A DNA stretch of 64,000 bases from Camelus ferus (GCF_009834535.1 NC_045696.1:71550001-71614000), one strand, 5' to 3'; positions 25,513 to 38,977 are shown, numbered from the stretch's first letter. Made by a program: numbers and translations. Notes: generated from the sequence alone by a model not told the origin.

Positions 25513-26759
25513 TTGTCTTCCAGTAAACTACCTACAAAGCCAGTGATGGACCAGATTTAGTCTGTGGGCAGCAGCTGACTAACTCTGGGTATAAAGTCCA
25601 GGGCATGGCCCACCCCAGTGCAGAATAAGCGGCAGCCATGGGCAAAAGCACGATTGAAGTGAAAACGATGATGCTCTCCTCCTCAGGGACTCAGAGGTGA
25701 ATTGATTGCATTTCTATTTACAGGAAATTCACTATCTGGGACGTGTAGGGGGCTGAGGGATAAGCAGGCAAGAGATGAGATTTAAACACACTGCTTTCTG
25801 TTTAAATCTAAGCCCCATTTAATCGGGGGCTCCTGGGTCCATATTTAATCTCTACACGGTGGCACGAGTTCTTTGAGAGAGGAAAGCTAGGACTTTATCT
25901 CATGACTGAAAATTTCCAGGAAGCCCCAGGAAAGGTGGCTGATTTTTGCCCTCTGTGGCTCTGCCTCTCACCATGATTTTGGAAAGATGTCTGGGTTCTG
26001 CCTCCTGGGGCAGCTGGGTGCAGGCAGGAGCATAAAGACTTGACAGAAATACTTTTTCAAATTGTCACTTTTGACGATTGTATTCTATCGCATGATTGAA
26101 ACATAATTTATTTATCCCTCTTCATTGTGTTGGATATTTAGATTGCTTCTAGTTGTTTGCTGTTAAAATACTGTAAAGGACATCTTGTTATATAAATCAT
26201 TCTCTTAAATTTAGGCTATTTTGTATTAGATGGGGGAAAACTATTTTAACATTTTGGTGAATTCTGTTCTAGTCTTTTTATTTGGCATTTTAAACACTGG
26301 AATCATGTGGTTTATATAATTTTATTCCACCTTTTCTCTTAATAGCATGACTATTTTCATGTTTATGTTTTATTCATAGATACGATTAGGTCAGCATCTG
26401 AAAGCTTACGGTTCTTACTACATATTACCAAATTGCTTTCCTGATAATTGTACCATTTATTCCCAACAAGTCTTCAGTCTGAAACATAGACTTTGATTAG
26501 GCTTTACCAAGGATTTTTCAAATGAGAAGGCCTGGGCTTGGCTTTCTCACTCCCATTTCAGTCCTGATTGGAAGAGCTTGGCCTCCTTGCTCTTGCCTAC
26601 TGGTCGTCTCCTCACTGGGGAGTGGGAGTCCCAGAGGAGGGAACACCAGGAGAGACGGCTTGCAGTTCCTTTCTCCACCCTACCTGATACTCTTCATCCA
26701 AGGGCCCAACTCATGTTCTGATCTTGTCCCAATCTCTGAATCTTAACTCTTTTCCCCTG

Positions 26760-26980
26760 GAAGCAGTGGGAAAAATCCTTAAGTTTTGGAGTCAGAGAGA
26801 ACTGGGTTCAAATCCCTGTTCTATTACTTACTAGCTCGTGAAGTTAAGCAAAGTTCCTTACTGTCTCTGAACCTCAGTTTCCACATCTGTGAAAAGGGCA
26901 TGAAAATAGGCATGTAGTGAGAATTAGATAAAAGAAACTATGTGAAGCTTAGGTGTATACTATGTATTTAACAAACGGTA
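26760..26980 (+). mobile_element. MIR SINE
   Basis: 'ttttggagtcagagagaactgggttcaaatccc...tctctgaacctcagtttccacatctgtgaaa'. Confidence 0.8.
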
Positions 26981-27142
26981 GTCCCTCCCTTTTCTATTTT
27001 TCTGTCACGCAGGGACTGAACTGGGCCTGGAGTTGCCATCTCAGATGAGACACTGGAATTGTCATTCTCATAACTAGAGTATGAATGTGGCGAGAAGCCA
27101 CATTCTTTCCGGGCCTTTGTACATTTTGTTCCTCAGCCTAGA

Positions 27143-27310
27143 TCAGTGATTCTTAAATTACGCTATGCACCAGAAGCACAAATATCGATGCGCCTGACAC
27201 CTAGAATGTCTGATTCTGTATGTCTGGGGAAGGGCCTGGGAACTTGCATTTCTAGCAAGTTCTCAGTTGAGGCTGATGCTGCTGGTCTGGAAACACATTT
27301 TGAGAAACTT
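27143..27310. mobile_element. MER5A-like hAT MITE
   Basis: cagtgattcttaaa start, 'tgcatttctagcaagttctcagttgaggctgatgctgctggtc', tttgagaaac end. Confidence 0.75.
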
Positions 27311-28216
27311 GGGCCTAGAACATTTTACAACTCTTTCTAACCTTCTGGCAAATTCCTACCCACCCTTCAGTTCTTAGCTTTGATTTTATTACCTCAAAAA
27401 AGTCTTTCTTAAACCTAAAGTCCAAATGAAGAATCTATCTTCTACACTTTCAAAGCTCCCTGGACCTGTTTGCCCATAGGACTCATCACAATGCTCTGTC
27501 TTATGGCTTGTCTGTATCCCCCACTAGACTATAACTTCTTTGGAAAAGTGACTATGTCTGTCCTGTTCATGTCGGTATCCTGTATCTCCAGGACCTTGCT
27601 TTGTTCCTAATACATAGCAGGTGCTCAATAAGTGCTTGCTGAATGAATGAGTGAGCCAGACCCTAGGTAGCTGGAACCAGAGCCTAGGACTCATGAGAGT
27701 GGGGCAGGTAAAGGAGTAGGTTCTAGTGGCCAGTGTCCAGGCAAGTCTAGGAATTCACGGTTAGGGAGATAAGCACAACGCTGCAGGAGCTACAGGTTCA
27801 GAGAGGGGACATCAGGAGTTGGTCCACCCGCTGGGTAAGGAGAGCAGGGCAGAACCCAGTGACATAGAAACTGAACTGGGACTGAAGACTCAATTTCTGA
27901 TTAAGATGCCTGATCCATGGATGAACCTTGAGGGCATTATGCTATGTGAAATAAGTCAGACAGAGAAAGACCTAAACCTTGTCTGGGGTCCTTGCTGAAC
28001 GTCCCAGGTGCTCAGTGAGGTTTTTGCACTCTGGCTGATCAGAACTCAAATGTGTCTCAGAACTAGATAAGCTCTGGGAATTTTTCAGCTTGCAACCACT
28101 GATAATTTCCCAGGGTTCTTGTAAGGATTAAATCAAATAATTCATATGAAGAATATTTCAGGGGGTTGTTATCAGGAAAGGATACATGAGAAGGGCTTCT
28201 GGGGTGATGGCAATAT

Positions 28217-28366
28217 TTTAAACAAAATTTTTGTTTGTTTTGGGGGGGAATTAAGTTTGTTTATTTCTCTGTCTGTTTATTTATTTTTAGAGGAGGTACT
28301 GGGGATTGAATCCACGTCCTTGTGCATACTGGGCATACACTCTACCACTGAGCTATACCCTCCCCC
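28217..28366 (-). mobile_element. tRNA-derived SINE (camelid Vic-1 type), long form, with TSD
   Basis: Reverse complement begins gggggagggtatagctcagtggtagagtg. TSD atggcaatat at 28207-28216 and 28368-28377. Confidence 0.9.
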
Positions 28367-28969
28367 AATGGCAATATATTTTTTGATCTGGATGGTGGTT
28401 ACATGTGTGTTCACTTTATAACTATTTGTTAAATTGAATATATTCTGTTTATATGTTATATATCACAATAAAAATTTAAAGAAAGAATATGATATAGTGC
28501 TAATATATAGTAAGTACTTAATAAATGGTAGTAAGCCTGATTCAATGAGATAAGATATGTAAAATGCCCGGCACAGAATCCAACTCACAGTGGTTTCAGG
28601 ATCATTTCCCATAAGTAAATTTTATGCAAGTCAAACCTACATAAAGACAAGTACACAAAGCATAATCACACAGTTCAATAAATTTTTCTTAAAAAAATTC
28701 ACCCCAGTAACCAGCAACCATGTCAAGAAAAGGAACTGAATTATTGTTAACATAAAAGGATATGAAATGGGATTTTTCTGATGTCTCAGAATTTTGGCTA
28801 AGCTCTCAAAGCTGCTGATAAATACCTGTCCCCCTTCTAAAGAATATTGTTGGACATATCTTCAGAGCTTCCTAAAAGATAACAGAGCTGATCCTGCAAA
28901 TATCAGCCTCTGTCACCCACCTCCAGCCTCACAGGAGGCTAGGACTTCAAAGGTGGCTCATTTCAGACT

Positions 28970-30215
28970 CTGGTTGTTCAGGAGTATACTGTTTAATTTT
29001 CACATATTTGTGAATCTTCCAGCTTTCCTCCCGTTATTGATTTATAGTTTCATACCATTGTGATCAGAAAGATACTTGGTATGATTTCAATCTTCTAGAA
29101 TTTGCTAAAACTTGTTTTCTGACCTAACATATAATTTATCCTGAAGAATATTCCATGTGCATTGAGAAAAATGTTTATTTTGCTCTTGTTGGATGGAATG
29201 TACTGTGTGTGTCTGTTAGGTCTATGTGGTCTAAAGTATAATTCAAATCCAATGTTTCTTTATTGTTTTTCTGTCTGAATGATCTATCTATTGTTGAAAG
29301 TAGGGTGTTAAAATCCCCTACTATTATTGTATTTGCTCAATATATTTAGCTGCTCTGATGTTGAGTGCATATATGATTGGTATATCCTCTTGAAGGATTG
29401 ACACTTTTTCATTATAAAATAACCTCCTTTGTCTCTTGTTACAGTTTTTGACTTAAAGTCTATTTTGTCTGGTATAAGTACAGCTCCCTATGCTCTTTTT
29501 TGGTTTCCATTTGCATGGAATATCTTTTTCCATCTTTACTTTCAGCCTATGTGTGTCCTTCAGGTTATGCGAGTCTCTTGTGGACAGCAAGTTCTTCTTT
29601 TTAAAAAAATCCATTCAGCCATCCTATGCCTTTTGATTGAAATTTTTAATCTATTTACATTTAAATTAATTAGTGATAGATAAAGACTGAGTGATGCCAC
29701 ATTATTGATTGTTTTCTGGCTGTTTTATTCCCTTGTTTATTTCTTCTTGTTTTGCTGTCTTCCTTTGTGAATTGATGATTTTTCACGGTGGTATGCTTTG
29801 ATTCCCTTCTCTTTATATTTTGTGTGTCTGCTGTAGGTTTTTGCTTTGTGGTTATCATAAGGCTTACATAAAACATTCTAGAGGTATAACAGTCTATTTT
29901 AAGCTGATAACAACTTACCTTTGATTACATATAAAAACTCTACCTTTTTACTCTCCCCTCACATTTTATGTTTTTGAATGTCACAACTTAACATTTTTTT
30001 GTATTATATATCCATTAACAAATTATTGTAGCTGTAGTTATTTATAGTACTTTTGTCCTTTAACCTTTATACTAGAGTTAAGTGATTAACGCACCACCAT
30101 ATTCTAATATTAGAGCATTCTGAATTTGACTATATATTCTTACCTTTACTGATATGTTGTACATATTCATGTTACTAACATCCTCTCATTTCATCTTGAA
30201 GAATTCTTTTCAGGA
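28970..30215 (-). mobile_element. Older L1M internal fragment (degenerate ORF2 endonuclease region and upstream)
   Basis: Classic antisense L1 text ('gtttaattttcacatatttgtgaat', 'tggtttccatttgcatggaatatcttttt'); broken reading frames. Confidence 0.85.
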
Positions 30216-30231
30216 TTTATTTCTTATTTCC

Positions 30232-31069
30232 TTTTTTTTTCCTTTCCTTTATTGAAGTATAGAGTTACAATGTGTCAATTTCTGATGTACAGTACAATGT
30301 CCCAGTCATGCATATATACACATATATTTATTTTAATATTCTTTTTCATGAAAGGCCACTATGAGATACTGAATATAGTTCCTTGCGCTATACAGAAGAA
30401 ATTTGTTTTTATCTATTTTTATATATAGTGATTATCATTTGCAAATCTCAGACTCCCAAATTTATCCCTTCCCATTGCCTTTCCCCAGTAACCATAAGAT
30501 TATTTACTATGTCTGCAAATCTATTTGTTTTGTAGATGAATTCGTTAGTGTCCTTTTTTTTCAGATTCTACATATGAGTAATATCATATGGTATTTTTCT
30601 TTCTATTTCTGGCTTACTGCACTTAGTATGACAATCTCTACGTCCATCCATGTTGCTGCAAATGGCATTATTTTACTCTTTTTTGTATCTGAGTAGTATT
30701 CCATTGTATATATATACACCACATCTTCTTTATCCAATCATCTGTCAGTGGACATTCAGGTTGCTTACATGTCTTAGCTATTGTGAATAGTGCTGCTATG
30801 AACATTGGGATGCATGTGTCTTTTTGAATTAGAGCTTCCTCCAGATATATGCCCAGGAGTGGGATTGCTGGATCATAGGATAAGTCTATTTTCAGTTTTT
30901 TAAGGAATCTCCATACTGTTTTCCATAATAGTTTAACCAAACTACATTCCCACCAGTTGTGTAGGAGGGTTCCCTTTTCTCTACACTCTCTCCAGCATCG
31001 ATCGTTTGTGGGCTTTTTAATGATGACCGTTCTGACTGGTGTGAGGTGATACCTCATTGTAGTTTGCAT
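30232..31069 (-). mobile_element. 5'-truncated L1 (ORF2 C-terminus, 3' UTR, poly(A))
   Basis: ORF 30668..31069 [13 protein letters not shown]...[18 protein letters not shown]...[11 protein letters not shown]...WIKKMW is the L1 ORF2 C-terminal region; T-run at 30232. Confidence 0.95.
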
Positions 31070-34000
31070 GGGCCCAGCTTGGCCAGGTGTCTATCCTTGG
31101 ATCAATCAAATGTGGCCAAAAAAGTGAAATCAACAAGAACATGTCTATGAAAATTACCCCCATGGGGAAAGGGAGATCTCAGAGGAATCCCCAAAAGGGT
31201 CTCCTGTAGCTATAAATTGTTGATGTTCATTTCAAGGACTCATTATCTAGAGAAAGACCATTACAAAAATATTTAATTAATTAATAACTGTCCAATTCTA
31301 AAAAAAGGATATACGGCAGCTAAGTCTTAAGTATGCAGAGGTGCAAATTTTAATATAATAAGGCCAGAAAGTAAATTAATTTAGTATTAGAATGCTTTAC
31401 TCCAAATCATTAAAATCTTTAAGTGTGACTTTGTCTAAATTATTGTTCTAAATGGAAAATTTCATTCGTAGGGACTATAGGTCAGTGAGAAGATTTTAGA
31501 AAGTGAATATTTGGCTCATTTGTTCCTCTTTACTTAAGCACAGTCTGTATTTTAGCCAAAATTACATTAGTAAGAAAATGTGGTAAGACAAGAACTAGTA
31601 AATCTATTTAAATTTAATTAACAAAGGGAGTTTGTTTTAGATATTTAAAATATTTGGTCCATTATAGTGTTTTGGTTAATGAATTATTGAAATTTCATAA
31701 GGAAATGAAACTCAGTTGTCTGGCTTTACCAGGTGTTTCTTTATGACTGTAGATAATCGTACCTCATAGCATGAGTATTAAATGTTTTAGGCTACATATC
31801 TTGTTTTATGCTAAATGAATAGGGGAAGTAAAATGTAGAACAAATTTCTCTCTACAGGAAGCAATAGAAAGGCAAATCAATGTTGTTCTTTACTTGGTCC
31901 TTTGCATTGTTTTTATATTTTTACTGGAAGCGCTTTACAGCAGTGCTCTTTTGGATTACCATTTAGTTGTTCAGTAAATACATAGTCAGATTTAGCACAA
32001 GCCTCAGATGGGACTGAATGTTTCTGTTCCCCTGGGGAAAGACCCTGTACCCTAAGTTAGTTTGCATATGGCTTCAGATGGCTAGGAGAGGGAGAGAGCT
32101 GTTGACTTGGAGACCAGGCCTCCCACCTTGGAGGAGAGGGCCTATATACTCTTTTTGTGCAATTATAACTGGAAAGTAGAATATTAAGGAGGGAGGAGGT
32201 TAAGTAACAGCAAACTTCATTAAGTCGATCCACCTGCAGCTCTGGGCGAAATGGGGCTTAGGGGTAGGCTCAGCTTGGAGGACAAGCAATTAATTGCAAG
32301 CTGGGCTCTTGGGTACCCTGTATTTCTTTGTGAGGGGAAGTAAATTTTTGTTAAGATTAGGGTCTCCTTGGGAAGAACCTCAAGAAAATAAAAAGCAGGG
32401 CTCCTGTCAGCCTCTCTTGAGCAGGGGTTGTCCTAGAGAGACCAGTCCTGCAGGGATCAGCCATTGCCTTTCTCCAGACAAAGAAAGAGTGCAGAGAAAG
32501 CTGGAGGGATTCCACTAACAGACCACCAGGGAGGGAGCTTGCAAGCAGTTGTAGTCAGACAATGGAAACAATACTGTGAGAACTGGTGGCCCTTCTTTAT
32601 GGGGGCATTAGCAAGATCAGTGAGGGAGACTCCAGGAGAGGCTGTGGACTTTAAGTGAGGTGGCAAGAAGATGCTTGTATTGGCACTCTGCCTTTCCCCC
32701 TCTCTGCTGGTTCATTCCTATCAGAAGGTGTCACATGTACAAACTGGCTACTGTGCCTCCCATCTTTAAAAAAGCCTTCACTAGATCCTTCATCTCTCTC
32801 CAGCTGCCAAGAAAAACATCTCAAAAGAGTTTCTCTACCTCTCTTCCAAGAAAAACATCTCAAAAGAGTTATCTGCCTCCAATTTTTCATCTCCCTTACA
32901 CCTATTTTTTACCTTCAGGCTGCTTTTGGTATGAAATAACAGAGAACTTTAAATCAGCTGTGTGAAATAAAATGGAGACAGACTAATGAGTTTAAATAAC
33001 AAGAACTCCACAGGTAGAGTGGGCTCCGGGCATGGACTCTGGCTCTGCTTTGTGGCAGTTCTTTTGGCTCTGTCCTCCTCTTTGGCGTCCATTTTATCCT
33101 CAGGCTGGTACCTAGATGGTTTCCATAGAACTGTCACACCTAAAACTGACAATAGCCAATGTAAGAAGAGGAGCTGCCTTTTCCTAGTTTCTCTTTTTTC
33201 TTAAAAAAAAAAAAAAAGGAGACCTCTGCAGAAATCTTCCAACAGACTTCCTCTCACATCTCAGCCAGAATTATATCACATGCCCATTCCTAAACAAATC
33301 ATTGCCAGAGGAGGGTAGACTATAGTGATTGGCTTGGATCGATCAGGGTTTACAATGGAGCTGGCCATATGGGTTCTGTTTGCCAGGAAGAAGGGGAGGA
33401 CAGATTCTGGGAAAGTATCTAACATGTCAATTTAACTTTTGTCCCTAACAGTACACTGAAATGGAGCAGCATAAGACACCAAATTCAGTGGGCATTTTTT
33501 TTTTTTTTTGTCTTCATCTTATTCCACCTTTTAGCAACACGTGACTACCTGAGTACCCTTCAGCTTCTGCTGTATCATGTTCCCCTGGTTTTTAAGTTTC
33601 CCTTTGGTGGCTCTTTCTCAGTTTTCTTGGTGCACAGGATTGTAGAATAGGACTCATCCTATTTTGTCTTCAGCTTTGTCTTCCCAACACAATCTTAGCA
33701 AATGATTCAAGGAGATAATTAGCCAGGACTTGCGAAGGATTGACCAAAAGTGGGTTTTATCTCCCTTAGTTGATTAAATACTTCCAGTTTATGAAAAAGG
33801 TTAAAGATACCAAAATGCACAGGAAATTGGAGTGAAAATTACTTTAGAGAGATCTGCAATATAAGTTTTTCCCCACAGTAGGGAAGCAGTGAGAGTGTTT
33901 GCTCTTACCAGCCAGTTTAGTGAAAGGGGCTTTACTGGGGGAGCTCCTGGAGAGTGGGACACAGAGCACTGGAGTCTGACTGTGGTTGGCGGCTCCTTTG

Positions 34001-34369
34001 ATGGCAGAGTAAAGAGACTCTGTGTTGGGGATGGCTGTTCTCCCAGAGTTTTGGGCCAATGAGGCTTAGGTGCCTCCCATGGCCCTGACGTAGTGCACAC
34101 ATAGAGAGCAGGCATGAGTTTTCTTAGATTCTGCTCAAAAGGGGTCCTTGGAGAAAAAACAAACAAACCACGAGCAAATCCTGGAGATATACCACTGAAG
34201 TCCAAGGTGGGAAGAATTTTAAGTGATCAGCCCTAGGAGATGCATTTACCTCCAGCAAGGACACTGCCACTGCAAGATTTCCAGAGATGGTAGAGTCTCT
34301 GAAAAAAACCCACAAAAAAACCCCCTACGTAGTCCCATGGGAAAAAGAATAAGCTCTAAATACCTGTAA

Positions 34370-35230
34370 TAATAAAAAGCATCACCTTCCAACCAGTTGC
34401 TTAAACCCCAGATCTAAGATTTGGATTTTCTCCCTTTCCTCATCCCCTGCTTCCAGTCCATAACCAAGACTGGTCAGTTCTACCTGAAGAATGTATTCCA
34501 AATCCATCCTCTTTTTTCTGTCTCTACGCTCATCCCCTCCTCTAAGGCACCATCAACTCTTCCTGGGCTGCTGCCAAGCTCTCTGTTCTGGTCTCTCTTC
34601 TTCCACCCTTCCCTTGTTGAGTCTGTTCTCTACATCATCAGAGTGAATTTTAAACATTAAATCCAATGTCAATGCTCTGCTTAAATCCTCTATTATTGTC
34701 TCATTTTATATAAAATAAAATTCAAACTCTTAACCATCACTTACAAAAGCCTTTATGATCCAGTCCCTGTCTTCTTCTTAAGGTTGTATAGTCCATTCCC
34801 TTTCACTCACTATGCTGCAACCATTTTTCCTTGAATGAACTAGTCTCTTGCTTACCTCGGGGGCTTTGCACTTTCTGTTCCCTCTGCCTGGAATGCTCTT
34901 TTACTGACTCTGTTAAGGCTGCATCCTTCTCAGCCTTCAGGTCTCTACTCAGATATCACCTCCATGGGAAGGCTTTTCCTGATTATTCTTTCTAAAGTAG
35001 CTCCTCCTGAGACTTCCATTATTCTTCATTTAATTGCCTTATTTCTTTTATCCATAGCACTTATCACAAATTAAAATGTCATTACATCTTTGTTTACTTA
35101 CCTTTCTGTTTCTCTTGCCAGATTTAAATTTCAGTCCTTTCCAAACTGTTCATACCAGGTTCTTAGTACCTAGAATAATATCTGTCAGATAGTAGGTGCT
35201 CACTAAATAGGCAGTGAATAAATGAATGAA
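34370..35230 (-). mobile_element. L2 3' region
   Basis: 'gggctttgcactttctgttccctctgcctggaatgctctt' and terminal 'gtaggtgctcactaaata...gaataaatgaatgaa'. Confidence 0.8.
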
Positions 35231-36229
35231 AGGGGCAACATCCAGCAGTGATTAATCATCCTTTGGAGGTACCACGTGGACCTGAGTTAGAAGAGCCCAG
35301 AGTGAAATTACAGGGTCCTAAAGCTCGTTCAGAGTGGAGGCTGCCACTTCAGCGTGGTGTTTCCTCCAACCAAGTGGGCCACTGCCTCACCCTGCATGTT
35401 ACCTGGTAAGAGGGAACAGGATCTTCGGGATCTGGGTAAGATAAATGTTAATAGTGATTCGTTTTGTCTTCTCTGCAGTCAGAAAATGACAGAGAAGGAA
35501 ACACTTAAGGCCTGAGCAGACTCTCCTCAAGAAAATCTTGTTAGAATGGCAAAAAGGGCAATACTTACAGCATTCATTCCACCTCATAATGACCAGACTG
35601 AAGGACAAATCCTCTAGTGCGGAGGGCCCAGAGCAAGACCTCCCTCCTCAAGGACAAAGCACTTGCCTATACTGGAACCCTCAAGATCTCCTGAGGCTGA
35701 ATATGTCTAGTGTACACTCAAATAATAGAAAATCCAAGGTGACTTGGATCAGGTGCTGTGAGTCATAGAAATGATAAGAAATTCTGGAATACTGTCCTAT
35801 GTTTATAATTTCCATTCCTTCCTCCACAACCAAATTCAAATTGCAAATAGCAATAGATGACAATGACTATTTGATCAGCATGGTACGGTGGAAAACACAT
35901 GGGCTTTGATGTCAGAGACATCTGGGTTCAAATTCTATCTCTGTCACTGGCTTAATCATCTTGGGCAAGTCGCTTAACCTCTCTGTATCTTAATTTCTCC
36001 CTCTAAGAAATAATTATCTTTGCAAAGTTGTTTGAGTATAAGGGTCTGATAGATGGAATGGGCCTGACAAATGACGGTATGGTTATTATGGTGGGAGATT
36101 TTCAGCTTTCTACCTCAGTGTGATAAATGCTTCAGAGGCATAATAAAATGCAAAGCCTGTCTTACCTTTATCCTCCCATCTGATGAAATAAAATTATTTT
36201 TAAGGCAGGACAAGAAAAATTTTAAATGT

Positions 36230-36682
36230 AAAATTCTCTGCCCGCTTGAGCCACTACCCCCACCCCTTAGTGTGCCTGGTGCATCTGCATTATACATGAA
36301 CTAGGTCCCCTCAGAAGACACAGGAATGCCTACTTGCCAAACAAAACAAAACAAAAGAAAACAAAACAAAACAAAAAAAGCAACTTCCTCCTGGCACCAG
36401 CAAGGTTAACTCCTTGGGAGATAACATTCCTTTCTCAATCTTATTAGGGGTCACAATAGCCCATTACTTGCCTTGTTGGACTATGTAAACTGTCAGTATG
36501 TTACTTTGATGTATAATCGTTTGTCTCAAAAAATTATGTAACCGTGCTTTGACTTCTAATGGGAAAACAGTCTTCAGAGTTTTCTGAAAGACTGTCTCTC
36601 AAGTTATAATCCTCAAGTTGGCTCATATAAAATTTCCATTTCTTTCTTAGATTGACTATTGATTAATTTTTTGTTGTTGACT
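36230..36682 (+). mobile_element. ERV1-type LTR fragment (MER34-like) containing an (AAAAC)n tract
   Basis: 'tctgaaagactgtctctcaagttataatcctcaagttggctcatataaaatt' is an LTR R/U5-like end; family assignment tentative. Confidence 0.5.
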
Positions 36683-37389
36683 CATCTCTGTAAACCTTGG
36701 AGGATCTGAGCCTTGTAGAGAAGCCCAATGCTTTAAAGCAAGAAGTTGATTTCAAGTGATGGGTCAAGGTTGACATCTAACATATCATTAGTGTATTTTA
36801 AGACTTGGTGGCACCTGTGATCCACCCTGGAAACAAGAGGCAACTTAAATTCCAAGGAATAGGAGGTTACCAAGAAGTAGCAGGGTTATAAGGTGGCTGG
36901 CTGAATCATGACTTAAGAGATTAAGTTTAAATAGGGGAATGGCAGTCTAGGCCAGTTCAACTTCTTGATAGACAAGTGGAAAACTATTTTCTACAGGCCA
37001 CAAGACTATGTTAATTACCCCTTCTTGTCTTTTGGTTTCTTCAAAGCCTCTGTTTTCTAACCCTTTACCAATGACATCCTACATATCCCCTCAAGCTCTG
37101 GGTAATTATTTTCCCTGAGAGATGAAACGATTGCACATAAATGTGGGTCGTAGGGCAGTCGCGTTTTCTATCACATGGGTAAAGAAGCTAAAAGATCCTG
37201 TTTGAGAAAAATAATAAATCAGATGTTAAGAGAAGAGACTGTCTACTGGTTCATTCCCTGCCCTACGAAAACCTAGGGGCATTCCTGATCATGGGTTCAA
37301 AATGACCTCCCTGTATCTGTAACAATTTCTTTTTTTAATGCTTGTGTCAATTTGAGTTGGGTTTTGTTCCTCGAAACAGCAAGAGTCCT

Positions 37390-37681
37390 TTTTTTTTTTC
37401 ACTTAAAAAACACTGTTTTATTTGTCCCAAGTGGATACCACTTTTTAAACAAACACTGTTTTTTTAACTAATGTTTATAAACACTTCTATAAATGCATTA
37501 CAGAAGAGATATCATATCCATTCCTTGAAGTAACACTCTTCTCATAGTATTCTGCATGTATAACTCTTATAAACATCTTTATTACGTGTGCTTTTCAACA
37601 CTTCTCTAAATGCATTACAGAACAGCTGTCACCCCCACTCCCTGAAATAACACTCTTCTCAAAGTAGGCTGCACAGAACAC
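37390..37681 (-). mobile_element. Unidentified poly(A)-tailed retro-insertion with 11-bp TSD inside a MaLR LTR terminus
   Basis: TSD gcaagagtcct at 37379-37389 and 37682-37692; T-run to 37399; minus-strand AATAAA (tttatt 37417-37422) 17 nt from the tail. Confidence 0.85.
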
Positions 37682-38814
37682 GCAAGAGTCCTATCTGATA
37701 CAGCATATGACACAATGCTTGGTGCAGAGCAGCAGCTCTCTGACAAATGATTACTGTTATCATTAAAGTTGCTGTTGGTACCATGAAGATCATATCCTCA
37801 GCTTCATTGGAAACTCAACTGTCAGTGTGGTCTTCACAGATAGTTTGGGGAGGGTGATAAATCCTGACCTTAAACTAAATCCTTGCTACTGGCTCTATCT
37901 ATGATATACACTTGTTCCTACTTCTTGTTCTTTCATTCAATCATTCATTCATTCATTCACCCTTCCCTCCATTCATCCATTCAAAATGCCACAGAAGAGG
38001 AAAGAGAGTTCGTTTCCTGCTAGTAAAATCATCTGATAACAGGAAGCACGGACTCTTCAACCTTCCCGACGGAGCCCGCAGCAGAAGAGAGTGAGAGACT
38101 GGGTCTGCGGCGGTGTTCTATGAAGGAAGCCTTGTTAGATCCCTACAGTTAGAGTTTCTCTCCTTTGACAGTGTTGAGATGGGCCATCCTGTCTGTCCGC
38201 AGCTAATGTGTATTTTACAGGCCTGAGCTGATCTATGTCCTGCCTGACCCTGCCTGATCTCACGTCAGCCTTCTGGCCCCCTCTGCATTTTGCCTGGCTT
38301 TAATTACCCAGTAACAGCTGCTGCCCCAAAGCGGGCCTGGCTTCCAGCTGGCTTCATGATTACAGGCATCCAAAGGGCTGGAAGAAAATTTCTGCATGTC
38401 TTTGTGGGGCGTTTTCCCTGATAGCATGACCTCTGAGTTGCAGAGTGTCTTTGTTGTAATCCTTGCCATCAGCAGTGGCGTTTTCTGCTGTTTGAGCTGC
38501 CTACTGCCACAGATAGCTGGAGAAGCGGTACATATCACATAAGGAATGTGTCCTTGGATGTGGATCACTTTCATCAGGCAGGGAACCAAAACACTACTCA
38601 TTCTGCCTCTCCTGAGGGTCATAGCCATGGAAGCACAAACTGCATGGAGAAATTAAGCAGCTGCATTCATTTGCCAGAAAATGCCCCAGAAAAGGCATCA
38701 GGACAAAGAGTGGTCCTGGGACAGTGCTGCAGTGCCACATCCCTTAGTGCTCAGCCTCAGGCTCAGCTGAGGTCTCTTCTCAGGGCTCAGTCAGTAGCCT
38801 CAGGGTGAGGTACT

Positions 38815-38977
38815 GCTGGGAGTTTTCAGGAGGCGGGACGAGGGAACCAGGGAGTGGCAAGTGCCCCTGGGCCTGGACCTGTGGATTCCTGGTGGCTGGG
38901 AGTTTTCAGGAGGCGGGACGAGGGAACCAGGGAGTGGCAAGTGTCCCCTGGGCCTGGACCTGTGGATTCCTGGTGGC
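38815..38977. repeat. Near-perfect 2 x ~80 bp tandem duplication
   Basis: gctgggagttttcaggaggcgggacgagggaacc...gtggattcctggtg repeated; copies differ only by one extra T (gtgcccc vs gtgtcccc). Confidence 0.97.

Noticed and set aside
30668..31069. 133-aa ORF as a host gene
   Set aside because: It is the C-terminus of L1 ORF2 in a 5'-truncated element.
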